From Acidovorax sp. (lineage in GTDB: Bacteria > Pseudomonadota > Gammaproteobacteria > Burkholderiales > Burkholderiaceae_C): a DNA stretch of 44,283 bases. Position numbers and translations under genes: made by a program. This document shows positions 39,533 to 44,283 of this stretch, one piece after another (the first letter of the stretch is position 1; the number at the start of each line of letters is the position of its first letter). Location of the stretch: contig JBKCTS010000276.1 of assembly GCA_046318695.1 (NCBI GenBank), positions 1 to 44,283 of the forward strand, read 5' to 3'. The notes beneath the pieces are model-generated. The model was not told where the DNA came from. It did no database searches and was given only the letters and a program-made list of their open reading frames with translations.

Positions 39533-40654
39533 ATGTCCAGCCTTGCCGCCTCCCACCCCACCTCGGCCGAGCGAATCGCCCGGCCCCTGGTGCGCCTGCT
39601 CCGTCACCCCCTGGTGGACAACGTGGTTCGGCTCAGCACCGTGGAGGACGTGATGCAACACGTGCGCCCCACAGCCTCGCTCACCGAAGTGCGGGCCCGC
39701 GTGCTGGCCGTGCGCGACGAAACCCCCGACACCCGCACCTGGCTGCTGCAACCCAACGCCCTGTGGCGCGGCCATCAAGCGGGCCAGCATGTGACCGTGC
39801 GCACCGTGCGCGACGGCCGGCGCGTGCAGCGCCCCTACAGCCTGTCGTCCGCCCCGGGTGATGGGCCCCTGGCCATCACCGTTAAGCGCCAGCCCGGCGG
39901 CTTGGTGTCCAACCACCTGCACGACACCCTGCGCGTGGGCGACGTCGTCGCCCTGGGTGCGGCCGAGGGCGACTTCGTGCTGCCCGCCGTGCTGCCCACG
40001 CGTCTCACCTTGCTCAGCGCGGGCAGTGGCATCACCCCCGTCATGGCCTTGCTGCGCGAGCTGCGCCGGCGCGGGCACGACGGCGCCATTGCCTTCGTGC
40101 ACGTGTGCCGCACCCCGCAAGACCTGATCTTTGGCGATGAGCTGCGCGCGTTGGCTGCCCGCTGCCCCGAGCTGCCGGGTCTGCGCGTGCACCTGCACGT
40201 CAGCGCCAGCACCGGCCGCTGGACGCCGGCCGACTTGGCTCGCGCCGTGCCCGATTGGGCTGGTCGCGCCACCTGGCTGTGCGGCCCTTCTGCGTTCATG
40301 GACGCCGTCAGCGCGCATTGGGCCACTCACGGTGCGCGCGCTCCGCTGCATCGCGAACGCTTCACCCCTGCCTGGACGCCGCCCCAGCCGCTGGACATGC
40401 CCGTGGCCGTGCAAGCCGCCCGCAGCGGCCGTGCTTTTGCCAGCACCGGCGCCTCCTCCCTGTTGCTGCAGGCCGAGCAAGCGGGCCTCGCGCCCCAGCA
40501 CGGCTGCCGCATCGGCATCTGCCGCTCTTGCCAGTGCGTCAAGCGCAGCGGCACGGTGCAAAACCTGCAAACCGGCGCGCTCAGCAGCGAGCCGAACGAA
40601 CTCATCCGCCTGTGCGTGAGCGCTGCGCGTTCTGACCTGACTCTAGACCTGTGA
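39533..40654 (+). CDS. Desaturase-associated FAD/NAD oxidoreductase with 2Fe-2S domain (DesC-like)
   Basis: RPYSLSS, GGLVSN, AGSGITP, LCGP, GCRIGICRSC...LC. Confidence 0.9.
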   Translation: MSSLAASHPTSAERIARPLVRLLRHPLVDNVVRLSTVEDVMQHVRPTASLTEVRARVLAVRDETPDTRTWLLQPNALWRGHQAGQHVTVRTVRDGRRVQRPYSLSSAPGDGPLAITVKRQPGGLVSNHLHDTLRVGDVVALGAAEGDFVLPAVLPTRLTLLSAGSGITPVMALLRELRRRGHDGAIAFVHVCRTPQDLIFGDELRALAARCPELPGLRVHLHVSASTGRWTPADLARAVPDWAGRATWLCGPSAFMDAVSAHWATHGARAPLHRERFTPAWTPPQPLDMPVAVQAARSGRAFASTGASSLLLQAEQAGLAPQHGCRIGICRSCQCVKRSGTVQNLQTGALSSEPNELIRLCVSAARSDLTLDL

Positions 40655-40664
40655 AGGAAGCGCC

Positions 40665-41747
40665 ATGAGCTTCGCCGCCCCCACCCACCTCACCCGCGAA
40701 CAAGTCGCGCAGTTCCAAACCGAGGTCGACGCCATCCGCGAGCGCGTGATGAACGACCTCGGTCAGGCCGATGTCGACCACCTGCGTCGCATCATTTGGC
40801 GCTGCCGCGCCAGCGAAGCGGCGGGCCGCGCGCTGCTGCACTTCGGCGTGGGGCCGCTCAGCTGGCTGGGCGGCGTGCTGGCCTTGGCCCACGCCAAGAT
40901 CCTGGACAACATGGAGATCGGCCACAACGTCATGCACGGCCAGTACGACTGGACGGGCGACCCGGCGCTGAACTCCCAAACTTACGAGTGGGACATCGCC
41001 TGCGACGGCGACAGCTGGCGCCACTCGCACAACGTGGTGCACCACACGTACACCAACATCCTGGGCAAGGACCGCGACCTCGGCTACTCCCTGCTGCGCA
41101 TGACACCCGAGCAGCGCTGGAAGCCGCGCCACTGGCTGCAGCCCATCGCCAACGCCATGCTCGCCATGGGCTTCCAGTACGGCGTGGGCTCGCACGACCT
41201 GGAGCTGGGCCGCTACAAGCACGGCGCCCTGCCCAAACCCGTGTTCATGGACCGCTGGAAGCGTTTCCGCCGCAAGGTCGGCCTGCAATGGGCCAAGGAC
41301 TACGCGCTGTTCCCGCTGCTGGCGTGGCACGGCTGGCTGCGCGTGCTGGCCGGCAACGCCGCGGCCAACCTGCTGCGCAACCTCTGGACCTACCTCGTCA
41401 TCTTCTGCGGCCACTTCACTGAGGGCGTGGCCATCTACCGCCCCGAAGACTGCGAGAACGAAACCCGCGGCGACTGGTACCTGCGCCAGCTGTCCGGTTC
41501 CAGCAACCTCACCGGCCCGCGCTGGTTCCACGTGCTGACGGGGCACCTGAGCCACCAGATCGAGCACCACCTGTTTCCCGACATGCCCGCCCACCGCTAC
41601 GCCGAGGTGGCGCCGCAGATCCAAGCGCTGTGCGCCAAGTACGGCCTTCGCTACAACACCGGCAGCTTGTGGAAGCAGTACGGCACGGTGATGAAGCGGA
41701 TTTGGGTGAACACCTTTCCCCCGAAAGTGGCCGTGGCGCAAGGCTGA
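40665..41747 (+). CDS. Acyl-CoA desaturase (DesB/DesA3-like)
   Basis: His boxes HNVMH, HNVVHH, QIEHH; GAAGGA RBS. Confidence 0.92.
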   Translation: MSFAAPTHLTREQVAQFQTEVDAIRERVMNDLGQADVDHLRRIIWRCRASEAAGRALLHFGVGPLSWLGGVLALAHAKILDNMEIGHNVMHGQYDWTGDPALNSQTYEWDIACDGDSWRHSHNVVHHTYTNILGKDRDLGYSLLRMTPEQRWKPRHWLQPIANAMLAMGFQYGVGSHDLELGRYKHGALPKPVFMDRWKRFRRKVGLQWAKDYALFPLLAWHGWLRVLAGNAAANLLRNLWTYLVIFCGHFTEGVAIYRPEDCENETRGDWYLRQLSGSSNLTGPRWFHVLTGHLSHQIEHHLFPDMPAHRYAEVAPQIQALCAKYGLRYNTGSLWKQYGTVMKRIWVNTFPPKVAVAQG

Positions 41748-41846
41748 CCCAGCGGTGGAGGTGCAGGGTTGTCCTCATGGGCGAGGCTGGTGCGTCTGTT
41801 GGGGTCGGCTGGGTCCGCATGGCCCGCAGCTCTCGCTGCCGGTCTG

Positions 41847-42380
41847 TCAGGGCCGCGCACCCCGCAGGGCAACGCCATCCACGCTGCGAATGACGGGACA
41901 GTTCACCACCACGTCCAGCGGGGTTAGGCGCACTTCGCCTCGATCCTGGGCGGCCAACACATCCTCTTCGGAGCGCAGCTCGCGGCGCGGGTGTCCGGGC
42001 ACCCAACGGACTTCCACCACTCGCCACAAGGGGCTGTAGTGGACCCCCTGACGATCTGGGCTGCTGGGCAGCGGGGCCGACTCGAACACGCTGATCTGCG
42101 CATCGTCGGCGAACTTGTAGACGCGATCCACCAGTGAGCGGCCTCCAACGCCTCCGATGGCCGCGCGCAGGCGCGGTGCGTGATGCGCGCCCATCATCGA
42201 GGCCATGGCGGCGTCTGACACATCGGTCACGATGTACTCGACCGTTTGGCCGTTGAACCAAGCGCGACTCAAAGGAAGCCGAATCTCGGTCGTTGTGGGT
42301 CCCTCAGGCAGGGTTGAGCACCCCAGCATCATCCCCGCCATCAGCAGGGCCGCCATCCGGCCTCGCAGGTGCCCCTTCAT
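41847..42380 (-). CDS. Hypothetical lipoprotein
   Basis: Lipobox-like MMLGC; YIVTD, YSPLW, VVNCP motifs; 4-bp overlap with upstream gene. Confidence 0.7.
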   Translation of the reverse strand: MKGHLRGRMAALLMAGMMLGCSTLPEGPTTTEIRLPLSRAWFNGQTVEYIVTDVSDAAMASMMGAHHAPRLRAAIGGVGGRSLVDRVYKFADDAQISVFESAPLPSSPDRQGVHYSPLWRVVEVRWVPGHPRRELRSEEDVLAAQDRGEVRLTPLDVVVNCPVIRSVDGVALRGARP

Positions 42381-42883
42381 GGCAGCAACTCCGCCACCGT
42401 GTCCCATGCTTCAGGGGGGATGCGGCCTGCCACACGCAGGTGCTCCCGGCCGTCGGGCCCGAACACCAGGGTCAGAGGCAGCTGGGTGGGGCGGGTGTGC
42501 AGACTGTGGCTGAAACCAGGGGAACCCCCCCACAGGGTCACGCCGCGCTGCGCTGCTTTGGGCTGGGTGATGGCGAGCAACTGCTCGTAGCGCCGCCAAT
42601 CGCCCTCCGACTTGTCCAGGCTCACCATCACCAAGTCAAAGGGCTGATGCGCCCAACCGGCCAGGTTGCGGCGCAGTTCCGGCAACTTGTCGAGGCAAAC
42701 CGCACAGCCGGTGGACCAGTACACCACCATCACCACCCGGCCCTGCTGCGACTTCAAGTCAAAGTTTGGGCCTCGGAGCGTGGGGCCACGAAGCTCGAAC
42801 GGCTCAACCGGCGCTGCGGACGCGCTCGTGGTCATCGCCCCAAGGGCCAGCAGCATGGACAACACAACAACCAGACGGGGCAT
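42377..42883 (-). CDS. TlpA/ResA-like exported thioredoxin
   Basis: Signal peptide, YWSTGCAVC, QLP cis-Pro region; AAGGAG RBS. Confidence 0.8.
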   Translation of the reverse strand: MPRLVVVLSMLLALGAMTTSASAAPVEPFELRGPTLRGPNFDLKSQQGRVVMVVYWSTGCAVCLDKLPELRRNLAGWAHQPFDLVMVSLDKSEGDWRRYEQLLAITQPKAAQRGVTLWGGSPGFSHSLHTRPTQLPLTLVFGPDGREHLRVAGRIPPEAWDTVAELLP

Positions 42884-43009
42884 GAGACTCTCCTTGCGAA
42901 AGACAGGAGTCGATCTCTGTCCTGCAGTCCTTACAGCCTGGCCGTTGCGGTGAAGTTGCGCATGCGGCGTTGCCGCGTATCCTGATCACAGATAACCAAG
43001 CAGCCCCCT

Positions 43010-43372
43010 ATGCAATCCCGCCCCACTCAGTCCCCTCTCGGCCACAAGGTGGCCATGTCCCTTTGCGCCGCCAGCCTTGTTGTGATCGGCGTCTCCACCT
43101 ACCTCGTACACCTTGCCCCGTTGCGGGCGATTGGTGACGAGCGCTACGGCGCGCTCAAGGAGGCCTGTAGCGCGAATCCGGGTTGCAAGGGGGTTCGGGT
43201 GCTCTGGCATCCGCGCGATGGCTACGTCGACAAGCCGGCTGTATCGGTGCTGGTGTCTATCGAGGGCGACGCGAAAGCTCGGCGCCCCGCCATCGAGGCG
43301 ATCAATGCCGCAGCGGCGCTGGGGGAAGACCCCGTGCCCGTGATCGAGAACCGCATCATTCGAGGCCGCTAA
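43010..43372 (+). CDS. Hypothetical protein, one TM then small Cys-pair domain
   Basis: Stop overlaps next ATG (TAATG). Confidence 0.55.
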   Translation: MQSRPTQSPLGHKVAMSLCAASLVVIGVSTYLVHLAPLRAIGDERYGALKEACSANPGCKGVRVLWHPRDGYVDKPAVSVLVSIEGDAKARRPAIEAINAAAALGEDPVPVIENRIIRGR

Positions 43373-44283
43373 TGCGTTTCCTTCTCTATCCCTTCTTCTG
43401 GGTCATGTTCCAGGCTGCCGACCTCATTCGGTGGCCCGGTCGCCGGTTCCCACGCATGGGCACGGCGCTCTTTTCGATCCCAGCAGTCCTGCTACTCCTG
43501 AGCTGGGGCTTGGCCGCGATGCTGGGCGACCGCATTCAGCCCCGCCCGGGCGGCTTGATCGGCGTGGATCAGGAGGCGGTGCGCCAAGTGGCCATGCTTG
43601 CTGCTGGCTGCATCGGGTTGATGGTCCTGGCCACTGTCTCGCTGGTCCGTCGGCTCTACCCTGTCGTCACGATGCTGCTGTACTTCGGCGCGGCCGCTGC
43701 TGGCTTCATCTGGCTGCTGACCTACTGCCCGCTGTTTCTGATCTACGGGCCTTGGACGCTGCTGATGCTTTACCCCCTGGCCGTGGTCGCAGTCAGCGCG
43801 CCTTTCGTCATGGGTTGGTCGACCTTCGCCGAGCGTCCTCGCGCCCGCAACGAAAGCCTGGAACGAGTCAAGCGCTTCGTGGAGGGAGACAACGTCGGCT
43901 CCCAACACCAGGGTCACGCCGGCAGCCATCCCTACCAGGCCCAGCCACCGCACAGCACTGGTGGCACCGATCACCAGACTGCTACGCCGGCCATGGGCGC
44001 AGGTCCGTCGTCCGCTTTCGATGTGTCCATGCCGACCCGCAACCTGAGTTCGATCGCCGGCATGTCTGCTCTGAAGGCCGACCTAGAGCCGGTCCTTGCG
44101 AAGTTCCGCGTCTGGCACCAGTCTCGCGATAACCCCAAGGCTCCCCGCCCTGAGCCCGTCGACCGGAACGGCATCTTGTTCACCGGCCCACCCGGCAACG
44201 GCAAGTCCACGATGGCTGAGGCCATCGCCGGGGAACTGCGACTCCCTCTCCTGCGAGTGGGGACGCAAGACCTCAGTTCGAAG
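43372..44283 (+). CDS. Membrane-anchored AAA+ ATPase, partial (runs off window)
   Basis: Hand-translated open frame from ATG 43372; several TM helices, linker, IAGM..LK, GILFTGPPGNGKST Walker A; absent from ORF track because no stop in window. Confidence 0.85.
   Translation, partial: MRFLLYPFFWVMFQAADLIRWPGRRFPRMGTALFSIPAVLLLLSWGLAAMLGDRIQPRPGGLIGVDQEAVRQVAMLAAGCIGLMVLATVSLVRRLYPVVTMLLYFGAAAAGFIWLLTYCPLFLIYGPWTLLMLYPLAVVAVSAPFVMGWSTFAERPRARNESLERVKRFVEGDNVGSQHQGHAGSHPYQAQPPHSTGGTDHQTATPAMGAGPSSAFDVSMPTRNLSSIAGMSALKADLEPVLAKFRVWHQSRDNPKAPRPEPVDRNGILFTGPPGNGKSTMAEAIAGELRLPLLRVGTQDLSSK

Overview
GC-rich betaproteobacterial chromosome segment, Comamonadaceae/Acidovorax-like by protein style. It is mostly housekeeping: rimO end, efp-earP, uvrC-pgsA, tartrate/malate dehydrogenase, hupB, tRNA-Val, ppiD, tRNA-His, a TadA-haloalkane dehalogenase fusion, LD-carboxypeptidase, an acyl-CoA catabolic cluster, thiOSGE/thiD/cytX with two TPP riboswitches, a sulfate assimilation operon, a DesT/DesCB-like desaturase locus, and a membrane-anchored AAA+ ATPase running off the right edge that the ORF track missed. 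The most interesting signals are non-coding. (1) A ~60-bp dispersed element with strict spacing (GCTAT-N7-ATAGC-N20-GCGC-N6-AT-rich) occurs 6-7 times; it abuts start and stop codons and once lies in frame inside earP. (2) An integrase-less array of three integron-like cassettes with attC sites (CALIN) carries a BrnT/BrnA toxin-antitoxin pair next to an IS110 remnant. (3) A 126-bp MITE-like element has a second decayed copy. (4) A REP-type hairpin has one arm amplified into five 33-bp tandem units. All calls come from reading the sequence and recalled family motifs; no searches were run.
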